In this document: piece by piece, positions 35,001-44,338 of the stretch
Layout: every line of letters starts with the position of its first letter
Position numbering within the stretch: position 1 is the stretch's first letter
Source: a virus
Reading direction: 5' to 3' (one strand)
Virus record (IMG/VR): IMGVR_UViG_3300030104_005963
DNA: 64,000 bases
Notes under the pieces: generated by a model
The model's database searches: none
What the model was told of the DNA's origin: nothing
Seen by the model: only the letters and a program-made list of their open reading frames with translations
Made by a program: the position numbers and the translations under genes

Positions 35001-36594
35001 TGTAGTTGGTATTGTTACAAGCACAGTTACTGGTGCAACAGGATCTGGTGCTCAAATAGTAATTACCGGTGGTGGTAATAGAAATATGATTTTTGTTGAT
35101 AATGTTCAGGGAGATGATTCTTTTAATGATATTAATAGTGATTTAAATTATTATGCCGATAACGGCACTATTACCAGCACTTCTCTTGACATATTATCAT
35201 TATCTTTTGATGGTGGATTAAACAATGGAAATTATTTAAAGGTTAATCATTTCAATCATGGAATGTATTCTTCTACCAATAAAGTTAAGTTGAGTGGTGT
35301 AGAACCAAATACTGATCCGACTACAATTAGTGTTAATATGACTAATACTGTAACTGGTAACGTAAGTGTTGCCTCAACAACAGAATTTGCCAAATTTGAA
35401 GGAGTGGATGTTAGTACCAATAATCCTGGATATGCAATTATCAACAGTGAAATTATTAAATATATTTCTGTTGGAACTGGTTTCATAACAATTGATAATT
35501 CAGGAGATAGTGGTAGAGCAGTAGATAATACAGTTGCCTCTGCACACAATTCTGGTGATGTTATTAGAAAGTATGAGTTAAATGGAATTTCTCTAAGAAG
35601 AATAAACAATCCTGTTCATACAGTTTCTTCTTTAGGACTTGATGCAGATAGTTATCACATAGAAATTGATAGATCAAATGCCAATGGTTTAGATAGAAGT
35701 TCTGATACAGCAAGCACGTCTCAAGTATCATTTAGTTCTGATGAGTTTGCCGGAGGAAATGACGTATTGTCTTCTGAAAATATCTTATTTAATGCAGTTG
35801 TTCCAACTTATGATTTTATTACTCCTGGTGGAGGAAATAATGATGTATTTACAGATATTTCTGCATCCATAAGGACAACAACTGGTACAAGTGTAAGTGG
35901 AAATGAACAGTCATTTGTTGATAATGGATATCAAAATGTTGCTTTAAACAGATATAATGCGTTAAGAAGTGTCAGAATGGTTGCATCTAAAGTAAATGAA
36001 GATCAATACTTAACAGGTTTACCTAGAAGTAAGTCATTTGCAACTAATTTAGAATTAACTTCCAATAATGAAAATCTATCTCCAATAATTTATTTAAATG
36101 GAGGTTCTTCCACTGAATTTATTAGTAATAGATTGAATCAACCACTTAATCTTGAAGGATATAGTTCAAGTAATTTGATTAGAACTATTAATGAAGATCC
36201 ACATTCTTCAGTTTATATTTCTCAAGATATATCACTTAAAACACCATCAACATCATTAAAAGTTATCATAGCAGCATATAGACATGAATCTTCAGATTTC
36301 AGAGTCGCTTATAAATTAATGAGAGAAGATTCAACTTCTATAGAACAAACTTTTGAATTGTTCCCAGGATATAAAAATTTAAATTCTAACGGAACTGTTA
36401 TTGATCCAGCAAAGAATGATGGAAGACCTGATACTTTTGTTCCACCAAATGCTGATGGTCAATATAGTGAATATGTATTCACTGCCAACAATTTAGATGA
36501 ATTTGTTGGATATACAATAAAAATAATGATGTCTGGTACTAATCAGGCTTATTATCCCAAAATTACTGATTTAAGAACCATCGCATTAGCATAA
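29062..36594 (+). CDS. Large virion structural protein (VrlC-like), 2510 aa
   Basis: NLNINPYYDDFD..KNF.KVLFKPG.PVQARELT N-terminus, FSNFAAPGADR, DRFKTGFFVD.F and DP.AQTF. Confidence 0.85.
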   Translation: MAQKTNLNINPYYDDFDSEKNFQKVLFKPGFPVQARELTTSQSILQNQLETFGTNIFKDGSVVVPGSIAYENNYTSVKLKSSNFGVDISLYIKNFIGKKIIGQISGVEANIKFVLLPEEDSRVDDVTIYVSYTTSGNDFSQNFFTNGEELVCDENVEFGLSTINAGEVFATLTTINATSIGSAAIITKGVYFVRGYFVNVDEQKIVLDPYTNNSSYRVGLQVDEKIITAKDDSSLFDNAKGFSNFAAPGADRFQIKLTLIKKDLTDNDDTNFIELMRIDKGQIKIIETKSEYNVIRDYIADRTFDESGNYSVSPFDVSVFNSLNNGLGNNGLYYPQELTEQQNSPDDDLMCIKISSGRAYVAGYDVDKIGTTVLDVEKPREVGIRSDISIGYELGNLLKVNTVSGLPNSGSVINIYNNLNGTGDIIGSARVYSFNLEDANYENDSTVWDLRLFDLQTYTAITLNQSVSNSGIRTGSYIKGRNSGASGYSVGAGSNTLVNVIQTSGTFHRGEQIEIDGSSDVPRTIGVVTAYNTQSIKSIKIGTTFSANSVLERFPIPNGIEEVSFDSSDNTIRVPGNSTFTGLRVGSIVRYQRAGINTETYNRVADISSGGSILTLEAIPLDRPDVYDGNLPDADTTLLMSVGAPIVRGSGELFVPLANKNVSQINLTNSEFKISRTITKTPANNGRITISTGDISDLTNFSFEPFDAEKYAVSNTTLGISTITSNNRNADGTQIIIGISTFVSGQADTINVSLSKKGLISKEKTYDRSRKVTVNTSRNQASGTNDDGNSSLVNGLTYDTNHRYGTRVEDEEICLNYPDVAKIIAIYESVNTSAPTFDTLTFDSVLNVNSNAIIGENIKSSDGKIVARIVGKSSDTVEIVYLSSNKFDDLDEVEFEESNIKGKVKTQSEGKYKDLTNSFTLDKGQRNQYYDYSRIIRNAGSSTPSAQLIIVFDHYTVPAGDTGDAFTVLSYDEERFRTDVPAIGVDSIRASDVIDFRPRVLVYNPSTALYSPFHYSSRSFDNSITEYLVPEETLRVGYEFYLPRIDKLLLNKYGNFVYKQGVSSESPKSPVNDDSAIMEIATINLPPYLYAPQSAIISQKDNRRYTMRDIGRLENRISNLEELTSLSLLELDAKSMQIRDSNNLDRFKTGFFVDAFNDSSFINPVSTIEVNPDMGEINPSITRNSLASQVTPAESVTPEQLDFGTDFELLDSNVKKTGNSVTLNYEEVPWIEQPKATLVEKVNPFEVPALSGSLELIPQTDFWSRTEQLDGETIRVTGKDREKTLRNKIDLGEQIIDLGSIVVSETESSTTVQTNGNGNDTSTSETSITDIDTMTESIDLRGSSKDSVTFGDSNKWFKNELIASGEEDFMRSRNTEFKGYGFGSFTEVYAFLDGLKPIVVPKLLEITTEKGGETNGALGSFNVSETVLVYDPVDTNKIIGQFRLCSPNHKEGAHAGPTETYLFSPYSHGEIELPQVYSNSTPILNIDTRSLCEEAQGDFFGYAKKNSAIRGLSSGATAFIKNVDAGNRLRLITDTFGGVVGSFFIEDPYSTPPGELRFHTGSTEFVLSTSSTNAQSLPGQDYFEDANGNKKPLVKASSMYETGGTLDQWEQQRFVQENTTTINSVVKVNGSVSTTLTTQNQHTHTEYNEYVDPVAQTFVVGGNVEAPSAVNQNNDKDGAFLTAVDIFFSKVDLEQPVKCQIRTVTGDARPSRFVLAEKELRPQTGNAQGEIVNNVLTSDDASVPTKFVFDEPIYLEPGSSYAIVLIAEKSLDYEVWTAVQGERVVNPESSSAALTENFSVSGNEAVEQAQYTTQYALGAFFASQNGALWTENQRQDLTFRLYKAKFTSRNGSVLFNNPVLDQSNDYVKKLNSNPVRTLPKTGKIGIEASNSLSTILVPGRKIASPNSVGSAVITGIGSVVTGAAVVDGAGGSNYVNDTSVDTFNITGKGSGLKLNISQSAGVVNTINSIVDGGIGYQVGDVVGIVTSTVTGATGSGAQIVITGGGNRNMIFVDNVQGDDSFNDINSDLNYYADNGTITSTSLDILSLSFDGGLNNGNYLKVNHFNHGMYSSTNKVKLSGVEPNTDPTTISVNMTNTVTGNVSVASTTEFAKFEGVDVSTNNPGYAIINSEIIKYISVGTGFITIDNSGDSGRAVDNTVASAHNSGDVIRKYELNGISLRRINNPVHTVSSLGLDADSYHIEIDRSNANGLDRSSDTASTSQVSFSSDEFAGGNDVLSSENILFNAVVPTYDFITPGGGNNDVFTDISASIRTTTGTSVSGNEQSFVDNGYQNVALNRYNALRSVRMVASKVNEDQYLTGLPRSKSFATNLELTSNNENLSPIIYLNGGSSTEFISNRLNQPLNLEGYSSSNLIRTINEDPHSSVYISQDISLKTPSTSLKVIIAAYRHESSDFRVAYKLMREDSTSIEQTFELFPGYKNLNSNGTVIDPAKNDGRPDTFVPPNADGQYSEYVFTANNLDEFVGYTIKIMMSGTNQAYYPKITDLRTIALA

Positions 36595-36595
36595 T

Positions 36596-36796
36596 ATGAT
36601 TAGAGTAGAAGGACATTCCCACTTATATCGTGATAAAAAAACTGGCACTATAATTAATACGGATACTGTGGGATATCAAAATTATTTAAAATCTTCCAAA
36701 ATTGCTGAAGAAAAGAAAAAAGAACTTGATAGTATGAAAGAAGATATTGAAGATATTAAAGGTGCTTTAAAGGAGATTTTAAATAAACTTACATAA
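36596..36796 (+). CDS. Small virion-associated coiled-coil protein
   Basis: RVEGHSHLYRD..TG.IIN followed by a coiled coil; typical position after the VrlC-like gene. Confidence 0.7.
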   Translation: MIRVEGHSHLYRDKKTGTIINTDTVGYQNYLKSSKIAEEKKKELDSMKEDIEDIKGALKEILNKLT

Positions 36797-36839
36797 ATAT
36801 ATCCCTAAATACTAATTAGATAACAATATATTGAAGTAA

Positions 36840-37181
36840 ATGGCTGCTGTATATGTTAGTAATATTGTAATTAATCAAGGAGCTGATTTTTCCCAAGTCT
36901 TCAACCTAGCTGATGAATCAAATGATCAAATTAATCTTACTGATTTTGTTCTTTCAGCACAAATGAGAAAACATGCTGGTAGCAGTGTAAGCACTAATCT
37001 TAATCCAACAGTAGTATCACCTCCAACAAGTGGTGGAGTTAGAATAACTTTGACTGATACCCAAACATCTACATTAAAACCGGGTAGATATGTTTATGAT
37101 ATTTTAATTACAGATACTTCTGGTCTTAAAACAAGAGTCGTTGAAGGTTCAGCAATCGTCCGGGAGGGAGTAACCAGATAA
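36840..37181 (+). CDS. Ig-like/BppU-like structural protein
   Basis: I.QGADF..., L..AQMRK, LT.TQT..LKPGRYVYDI and TRVVEG. Confidence 0.7.
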   Translation: MAAVYVSNIVINQGADFSQVFNLADESNDQINLTDFVLSAQMRKHAGSSVSTNLNPTVVSPPTSGGVRITLTDTQTSTLKPGRYVYDILITDTSGLKTRVVEGSAIVREGVTR

Positions 37182-37594
37182 TGGCAGATATAAAAGTTCG
37201 TGTAGGACAAACAAATGCTGTTAAGGTAACCTCTACGGGTCTTCAAAGAGGTGATATTGCATTTAGTGTTAATGGTGGCACTGCTAATGTAACTCAATTA
37301 GATGTTTCTAGTCAAAGTAATTTAGATACTTTAAATGCGACTGGCATAGCAACTTTCAAATCAGATACTGTACCTGGTGTTTCTGGAATTATTATTGATG
37401 GAACAAATGATCAACTAAATGTTGGATCTGGAGTATCGATTACTTCAAATTCTTTAGTAGTTAATGGTGCAGTAAATTTTAATTCTTCCTTAGTTGCTGG
37501 AGTGTCTACATATGTTGGACTGGCAACTTTCCAAAATGATTTATTTGTTGATGGAACATTAACAGCCGGTCTTTTAGATGGAGGTTCATTCTGA
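37181..37594 (+). CDS. Putative fibre/structural protein
   Basis: Beta-helix-like repeats (ATGIATF, VGLATF) and a C-terminal LDGGSF. Confidence 0.55.
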   Translation: MADIKVRVGQTNAVKVTSTGLQRGDIAFSVNGGTANVTQLDVSSQSNLDTLNATGIATFKSDTVPGVSGIIIDGTNDQLNVGSGVSITSNSLVVNGAVNFNSSLVAGVSTYVGLATFQNDLFVDGTLTAGLLDGGSF

Positions 37595-38433
37595 TGGCAA
37601 AACCAAGTACCAGACAAGAATTAATTGATTATTCTCTTAGGAGACTTGGTGCTCCAGTATTAGAAATTAATGTTGATGATGATCAAATAGATGATTTAGT
37701 AGATGATGCCATACAATTTTATAATGAGAGGCATTATGATGGTGTTGAAAGAATGTATCTTAAATATCAAATTACTCAAGATGATATTGATAGAGGAAGA
37801 GCAGGAGGTTCTGGAGGAGTTGGTATAGTAACAACATCCGCATCTTCCACTATTGTTGGAGCAGCGACTACTTTTAATTTTTATGAAAATTCAAATTATC
37901 TTCAAGTTCCTGATTCAGTTGTTGGTATTGAAAAAATATTTAAATTTGACACCAGTTCTATTTCTGGTGGAATGTTTAGTATAAAATATCAATTGTTTTT
38001 AAATGATTTGTATCAATTTAATTCTGTTGAATTGTTGCAGTATTCTATGACAAAAACTTATCTTGAAGATATTGATTTTCTTTTGACCACAGAAAAACAA
38101 ATTAGATTTAATAAAAGACAAGATAGATTATATTTGGATTTTGATTGGAGTGCTCAAGAAAAAGATACTTACTTAGTAATTGATTGTTACAGAGCACTTG
38201 ATCCTGCAAACTTTAGTCAAGTTTTTAACGATAGTTTTGTAAAACAATATCTTACGGCACTTATTAAAAGACAGTGGGGGCAAAATTTAATTAAGTTTAG
38301 AGGAGTTAAACTTCCCGGAGGAATTGAATTAAATGGTAGAGAGATTTATGAAGATGCCGAAAGAGAAATAGATAATCTCAGAACTAAAATGATGCAAGAT
38401 TATGAATTACCACCTTACGACTTTATTGGATAA
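37594..38433 (+). CDS. g13: Neck protein gp13
   Basis: LIDY.LRRLGAPVLEINV.DDQ and WGQNLIKF.GVKLPGG.ELNG. Confidence 0.95.
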   Translation: MAKPSTRQELIDYSLRRLGAPVLEINVDDDQIDDLVDDAIQFYNERHYDGVERMYLKYQITQDDIDRGRAGGSGGVGIVTTSASSTIVGAATTFNFYENSNYLQVPDSVVGIEKIFKFDTSSISGGMFSIKYQLFLNDLYQFNSVELLQYSMTKTYLEDIDFLLTTEKQIRFNKRQDRLYLDFDWSAQEKDTYLVIDCYRALDPANFSQVFNDSFVKQYLTALIKRQWGQNLIKFRGVKLPGGIELNGREIYEDAEREIDNLRTKMMQDYELPPYDFIG

Positions 38434-40094
38434 TGGCACTTAATCCTTTCTTTTTACAGGGTTCACAAAGTGAACAAAGATTAATTCAAGAGTTGATTAA
38501 TGAACAACTCACAATTTATGGTGTTGAAGTCATTTACCTTCCTCGTAAAATAGTAAATCAAGATACAGTTTTAAATGAAATACAATCATCAAAATTTGAT
38601 GATAATTATGCCATAGAAGCATATGTGAACACATATGAGGGATATGGTGGTGCCGGAGATATTATGACTAAATTTGGAATGAGTTTAAAGGATGATCTTA
38701 CTGTAACCATTTCAAAAGAAAGATTTGAGGATTTTATTGCTCCGTTTTTGGGAGAAATGAGTGATGATGAAATTAATGTGTCAGGTAGACCAAGAGAAGG
38801 AGATTTAATATATTTTCCATTGGGTGAAAGATTATTTGAAGTAAAGTTTGTTGAGCATGAGCAACCTTTTTATCAGTTGGGGAAAAATTATGTTTATCAA
38901 TTAAAATGTGAACTATTTGAATACTCGGATGAACTTGGTGGATGGGATCAACTCAGTACTACCACAGAGGAAATTGACAGTGTTCTTGAAGATCAGGGAT
39001 ATATTACTTCCATATTGATGATTGGAGCTGGAACAAAGGCACAAGCAATTGCTCATAACGGAACAGGATATATAAGAAAAATATTTTTAAATGATGATGG
39101 AAACGGATATACATCAACACCAATAGTTTCTATATCAACTTCCCCAAATGGTAATACTCTTGCAAATGCAACTGCTGTTGCAATTACAACCACATCAGCA
39201 AATGTTCAATCAGTAAAAGAAATATTATTAACAAATGCAGGATTTGGATATACTGAATCACCTACTATATCAATTATAGGTGGAGGTGGAACCGGTGCAA
39301 TAGCAACATGTTCTATTGAAACCACAGAATTTGGTCTAACTAGATTTGATGTATCACCAGGATCAGGATATCCAATACCACCAGTAGTTGCAATAGGAAC
39401 ACCAACAGGTGCTGGTGCAGCTGCAACAGCTATAATTAGTGATTTTGGCACTGTTATTGGATTTAATATATCAACCGGTGGAAAATTTTATAAACATGCT
39501 CCACAAGTTTCATTAACTCCACCCGACTCTGAACTTGGACTAAGTGCTACTGCTATTGCATTAGTTAACTCCGGTATAGTTACTGGTTTTACAATTACAT
39601 TTGCTGGAGATCAATACTCATCTCCACCAACGGTAAGTATTGCAAATACTTTTGGAGACAAAGATTTTTCTTCTTCTGGACTAACAACTGCTGTTGTAAG
39701 AGCAAATGTTTCTGCCGAAAATAAAGTAACTTCAATTCACATTGAAGATCCAGGACTTGGTTATAATCCAATACAAACAGTTACAATAGCAGATCCTCCA
39801 ACCACGGGAATTGGCACATTTATATTTAATGAAATTGTTACAGGTTCAATTTCTGGTGCAACGGCTAGAGTTAAAACATGGAATAAATCTGATAATATTC
39901 TTAAGGTTGGAACAACTAATGGAACATTTGTTCCGGGAGATGTTATTGTTGGATCAGCATCATCCGCAAAATATTCTGTTGACCTTATTCAATCTACAGA
40001 ATTTGCTGATAAATATGATAAAGGTGAGCAAATAGAAACATTAGCAGACACCTTTTTGGATTTTACAGAAACTAACCCATTTGGTACATATTAA
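38433..40094 (+). CDS. g14: Neck protein gp14 with an internal repeat insertion
   Basis: EQRL.Q.LINEQ...YG..V.YLPR, RP.EGDLIYFPL and FYQLGKNYVY.L.CELFEY; C-terminal NPFG. Confidence 0.9.
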   Translation: MALNPFFLQGSQSEQRLIQELINEQLTIYGVEVIYLPRKIVNQDTVLNEIQSSKFDDNYAIEAYVNTYEGYGGAGDIMTKFGMSLKDDLTVTISKERFEDFIAPFLGEMSDDEINVSGRPREGDLIYFPLGERLFEVKFVEHEQPFYQLGKNYVYQLKCELFEYSDELGGWDQLSTTTEEIDSVLEDQGYITSILMIGAGTKAQAIAHNGTGYIRKIFLNDDGNGYTSTPIVSISTSPNGNTLANATAVAITTTSANVQSVKEILLTNAGFGYTESPTISIIGGGGTGAIATCSIETTEFGLTRFDVSPGSGYPIPPVVAIGTPTGAGAAATAIISDFGTVIGFNISTGGKFYKHAPQVSLTPPDSELGLSATAIALVNSGIVTGFTITFAGDQYSSPPTVSIANTFGDKDFSSSGLTTAVVRANVSAENKVTSIHIEDPGLGYNPIQTVTIADPPTTGIGTFIFNEIVTGSISGATARVKTWNKSDNILKVGTTNGTFVPGDVIVGSASSAKYSVDLIQSTEFADKYDKGEQIETLADTFLDFTETNPFGTY

Positions 40095-40942
40095 TGTTAG
40101 GGACTTATTACTATCATGAAATAATGAGAAAAACAATTGTTGCCTTTGGCACATTGTTTAATCAAATTAATATACGTCATGATGATGCATCCGGAAATAC
40201 TTATAGTGATTTAAAAGTTCCTTTGGCATATGGACCATCTCAAAAATTTCTTGCTAGATTGGAACAGCAAGCAGATTTGAACAAACCTGTTCAAATAACT
40301 CTTCCAAGAATGTCATTTGAAATGAATAATATTCAATATGATGCTACAAGAAAGACAGGTATTACACAAACTTTTAAAGCAGTTGATAAAGATACTTCTG
40401 CTGTAAAAAAAGTTTTTATGCCAGTTCCATATAATATTGGATTTGAACTTAATATTCTTTCAAAATTAAATGATGATGCACTTCAAATTGTTGAACAAAT
40501 TTTGCCATATTTTCAACCATCATTTAATGTAACGATAGATTTAATTAGTTCTATTGGTGAAAAAAGAGATGTTCCTATTGTTTTAGATAGTATATCATTT
40601 CAAGATGATTATGAAGGAGATTTTTCTACAAGAAGAGCATTAATTTATACTCTTAGATTTACAGCAAAAACATATCTATTCGGTCCTGTTGCAGATAGTT
40701 CTGAAGGTCTTATCAAAAAAGTTCAGGTCGATTATTATGCAGATACAAATACACAAACTGCTAAACGTGAAGTAAGATATACGGCAACACCAAAAGCATT
40801 AACGGATAAAAATGATGACGGTGTTGTAGATGCTACTGATGATGCACTGTTAACAGCAGATGATGATTTTGGATTTAATGAAACTACTACTTTCTTCTCA
40901 GATTCTAAAACATATAGTCCAACTCAAAAAACTGATATTTAA
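40094..40942 (+). CDS. g15: Tail sheath stabiliser/terminator gp15
   Basis: YYYHEI.RKT..AFGTLFN, VPLAYGP.QKFL and LPRMSFE. Confidence 0.95.
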   Translation: MLGTYYYHEIMRKTIVAFGTLFNQINIRHDDASGNTYSDLKVPLAYGPSQKFLARLEQQADLNKPVQITLPRMSFEMNNIQYDATRKTGITQTFKAVDKDTSAVKKVFMPVPYNIGFELNILSKLNDDALQIVEQILPYFQPSFNVTIDLISSIGEKRDVPIVLDSISFQDDYEGDFSTRRALIYTLRFTAKTYLFGPVADSSEGLIKKVQVDYYADTNTQTAKREVRYTATPKALTDKNDDGVVDATDDALLTADDDFGFNETTTFFSDSKTYSPTQKTDI

Positions 40943-40948
40943 TAAATC

Positions 40949-41335
40949 ATGACTGATAATGATATGAATGATATTGTGCCAGTTTCTGGTGAAATTATTC
41001 CAGAGAATAAAGATATTCAAAAAGATTATGAATATACAAGAGCAAACTTGTACTCATTAATTGAGAAAGGACAAGAAGCAATTAATGGTATAATGGAACT
41101 TGCCGGTGAAGGAGGCAGTCCCAGAGCATATGAAGTCGCAGGTCAATTAATTAAAAGTGTTGCTGATACAACCGATAAATTGGCAGATCTTCAGAAAAAA
41201 ATAAAGGATCTTGAGGAGGACGGAAATAAAACACCAAATAGTGTCACTAATAATGCCGTATTTGTTGGTTCTACATCTGAACTTCAAAAAATGTTAAAAC
41301 AAGGTTTTCTAAATAATAACACGGATCCAAAATAA
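40949..41335 (+). CDS. g16: Terminase small subunit gp16
   Basis: DYEY.R..L..LIEKGQEAI, PRAYEV...LIK and NNAVFVGSTSELQK. Confidence 0.93.
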   Translation: MTDNDMNDIVPVSGEIIPENKDIQKDYEYTRANLYSLIEKGQEAINGIMELAGEGGSPRAYEVAGQLIKSVADTTDKLADLQKKIKDLEEDGNKTPNSVTNNAVFVGSTSELQKMLKQGFLNNNTDPK

Positions 41336-41338
41336 AAG

Positions 41339-42685
41339 ATGTCGAAGTGTAAGACAGGTTACTATTACTGTTATACTGACAAAAAATGTAAACCAATCTC
41401 TAAAGGTTTAAAAGTCACTGCCAGATTTTCTGGTGGTGGAAGAGAACCTGAAGAAGTTGGCATTGATAAACCGCTAAATGGAAATGGAAATCACTCAAAT
41501 GGCAATGGAAATGGGAGCGGGATCTCTAATGGTGGCTCTAATGGAGGCGTCAGTGAAGGATCGCTTCATAAATGGTTTAAGGGATCCAAATCAAAAGATG
41601 GTAAAGGTGGATGGGTTAATGTCGTCACAGGTGGGACTTGCGCCAGTGATAAACCGGGAGAGGGAACACCAAAATGTGTTTCGTCAGCAAAACGAGCAAG
41701 TATGAGTAAGGCAGAAAGACTTTCTGCTGCCAGAAGAAAAAAGAAAGCAGACCCAGGACAACAACAAAAATCTGGTGCCGCAAAACCAACTTATGTCTCT
41801 ACAGATAAGAAAAAAATGAAAAAAGAAGAAGTAGAAGTAACTGAAGCAAAGGACAAAAAAGGTAAGGGTAGTGGTACAAAAGACGACTGTTATCATAAGG
41901 TAAAGTCCAGATATAGTGTATGGCCTTCTGCATATGCCTCAGGTGCCCTTGTAAAGTGCCGTAAGGTTGGTGCTGCTAATTGGGGTAATAAGTCTGAATC
42001 TGTGGATTACTCGAACTGGAGAGATGACTTTAAGGCAATGAATTATGAGTTCATCGATCTCATTAAACCAGAACCTTTGAATAATGAGCAGATTGATGAA
42101 GGACAAAAATGTTGGAAGGGTTATGAAAAGAAAGGAACCAAAAAAATGTTTGGTAAAACCTATAATAATTGTGTAAAAAAAGAAGAAACTGAAGTAAAGG
42201 AGAGTCATAAAAATCCTGAAAGTGTAAAAGGTATTGCTAAAGAATTGGATAAAGCAGTTGAAATGCATAAGAGTCAAGCAAAAAGACTTAGGAAAGCTGG
42301 TGTATCTGAAGGCAAATCTGATGGTGATCCTTGCTGGGATACTCATAAGCAAGTAGGTATGAAGAAAAAGAATGGTAGAATGGTTCCTAATTGTGTTCCA
42401 AAAGAAGAATTTTCTGATTGGAGATCCGAAATTAAAGAGGGAGCTGCCTGGACAAAAAAGTCTGGTAAAAATGCTTCAGGTGGATTAAATGAAAAAGGTC
42501 GTAAGTCTTATGAAAGAGAGAATCCTGGTTCAGATCTAAAAGCACCATCTAAAAAAGTTGGCAATAAAAGAAGAGCATCATTCTGTGCAAGAATGAAAGG
42601 TATGAAAAAGAAACTTACTTCTGCCAAAACAGCAAATGATCCAGATAGCAGAATCAATAAATCTTTGAGAGCTTGGAATTGTTAA
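41339..42685 (+). CDS. Modular basic, Cys-containing protein (448 aa), probably virion-internal
   Basis: Short K/G-rich modules (two CW...NCV repeats, WPSAYASGALVKCRK, GGLNEKGRKSY...SFCARM) separated by acidic linkers. Confidence 0.75.
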   Translation: MSKCKTGYYYCYTDKKCKPISKGLKVTARFSGGGREPEEVGIDKPLNGNGNHSNGNGNGSGISNGGSNGGVSEGSLHKWFKGSKSKDGKGGWVNVVTGGTCASDKPGEGTPKCVSSAKRASMSKAERLSAARRKKKADPGQQQKSGAAKPTYVSTDKKKMKKEEVEVTEAKDKKGKGSGTKDDCYHKVKSRYSVWPSAYASGALVKCRKVGAANWGNKSESVDYSNWRDDFKAMNYEFIDLIKPEPLNNEQIDEGQKCWKGYEKKGTKKMFGKTYNNCVKKEETEVKESHKNPESVKGIAKELDKAVEMHKSQAKRLRKAGVSEGKSDGDPCWDTHKQVGMKKKNGRMVPNCVPKEEFSDWRSEIKEGAAWTKKSGKNASGGLNEKGRKSYERENPGSDLKAPSKKVGNKRRASFCARMKGMKKKLTSAKTANDPDSRINKSLRAWNC

Positions 42686-42694
42686 TTTGATGTT

Positions 42695-44338
42695 ATGAGT
42701 GAAGTATATCTTGGTAATCCTAATTTAAAAAAAGCAAATACACCGATCCAATTCACTGAAGAACAAATAATTGAGTTTCTCAAGTGCAAAGAAGATCCGG
42801 TGTATTTTGCTAATAAGTATATAAAAATTGTTTCTCTTGATGAGGGTCTAACGCAATTTCATCCATATGACTTTCAAGAAAAGTTAATTAATAATTTTCA
42901 TAATAACAGATTTAATATCTGTAAGATGCCAAGACAGACTGGTAAATCTACTACGGTAGTATCTTACCTTTTACATTATGCAGTATTTAATGATAGTGTA
43001 AATATTGGTATCCTGGCAAACAAAGCAGCTACTGCAAGAGAATTGTTGCAAAGATTGCAAACTGCTTATGAGAACTTGCCTAAATGGATGCAACAGGGTA
43101 TATTATCCTGGAACAAAGGATCTATGGAGTTAGAAAATGGCAGTAAGATATTGGCAGCTTCTACGTCTGCAAGTGCTGTCCGAGGCATGTCGTTTAACAT
43201 TCTCTTCCTCGACGAATTTGCCTTCGTTCCAAACCATGTTGCAGACTCGTTCTTTGCCTCTGTTTATCCTACTATTACTTCTGGTAAAAACACCAAGGTA
43301 ATTATCGTATCTACTCCACACGGTATGAATCATTTCTACCGTATGTGGCATGATGCCGAAAGAAGTAAAAATGAGTATATTCCCACCGATGTTCATTGGT
43401 CAGAAGTTCCTGGTAGAGATGAAAAATGGAAGGCAACAACTATTGCCAATACTTCAGAACAACAGTTCAAGGTTGAGTTTGAATGTGAGTTCTTAGGTTC
43501 GGTTAATACTCTTATTAATCCAGCGAAATTAAAAAACCTTGTATACGAGAATCCCATAAAAAGAAATGCCGGATTAGATATTTACGAAGATCCTCAGGAG
43601 AATCATGAATATCTTCTGACAATTGACGTGGCAAGAGGAATAGGAAATGATTATTCGGCATTTATTGTTTTTGACATAACACAGTTTCCGTATAAGATAG
43701 TAGCAAAATATAGAAATAATGAAATTAAACCTATGCTATTCCCAAATATTATTAATGATGTTGGGAAGGGATATAATAATGCATGGATATTAGTAGAAGT
43801 AAATGATATTGGAGATCAAGTGGCTTCTATCATGCACTATGATTTAGAATACGATAATATTCTTATGGCAGCAATGAGGGGTCGTGCTGGACAAGTCGTG
43901 GGAACAGGATTTAGTGGTAAAAAATCACAACTTGGTGTCAGAATGACTGCAGCAGTTAAAAAGTTAGGATGCTCCAACTTAAAAACTATGATGGAGGATG
44001 ATAAGTTACTGACTACAGATTATGAAATTATATCAGAACTTACCACATTTGCACAGAAAGGAAATTCTTTTGAGGCAGAAGAAGGATGTAACGATGATTT
44101 GGCAATGTGTCTTGTAATATTTTCATGGTTAGTAGCACAAGATTATTTTAAAGAAATGACAGAGAATGATGTTCGTAAAAGAATATATGAAGAACAAAGA
44201 AATCAAATAGAACAGGATATGGCACCTTTTGGATTTATAGAAACTGGATTTGAAACTAGTAACTTTGTAGATGCCGATGGAGATAGATGGTATGCAGACG
44301 AATATGGTGATAGATCTTATATGTGGGATTATATGTAA
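42695..44338 (+). CDS. g17: Terminase large subunit gp17
   Basis: YLGNPNLKK, PRQTGKST (Walker A), ILFLDEFAF (Walker B), VSTPHG, IDVARG and NDDLAM. Confidence 0.97.
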   Translation: MSEVYLGNPNLKKANTPIQFTEEQIIEFLKCKEDPVYFANKYIKIVSLDEGLTQFHPYDFQEKLINNFHNNRFNICKMPRQTGKSTTVVSYLLHYAVFNDSVNIGILANKAATARELLQRLQTAYENLPKWMQQGILSWNKGSMELENGSKILAASTSASAVRGMSFNILFLDEFAFVPNHVADSFFASVYPTITSGKNTKVIIVSTPHGMNHFYRMWHDAERSKNEYIPTDVHWSEVPGRDEKWKATTIANTSEQQFKVEFECEFLGSVNTLINPAKLKNLVYENPIKRNAGLDIYEDPQENHEYLLTIDVARGIGNDYSAFIVFDITQFPYKIVAKYRNNEIKPMLFPNIINDVGKGYNNAWILVEVNDIGDQVASIMHYDLEYDNILMAAMRGRAGQVVGTGFSGKKSQLGVRMTAAVKKLGCSNLKTMMEDDKLLTTDYEIISELTTFAQKGNSFEAEEGCNDDLAMCLVIFSWLVAQDYFKEMTENDVRKRIYEEQRNQIEQDMAPFGFIETGFETSNFVDADGDRWYADEYGDRSYMWDYM

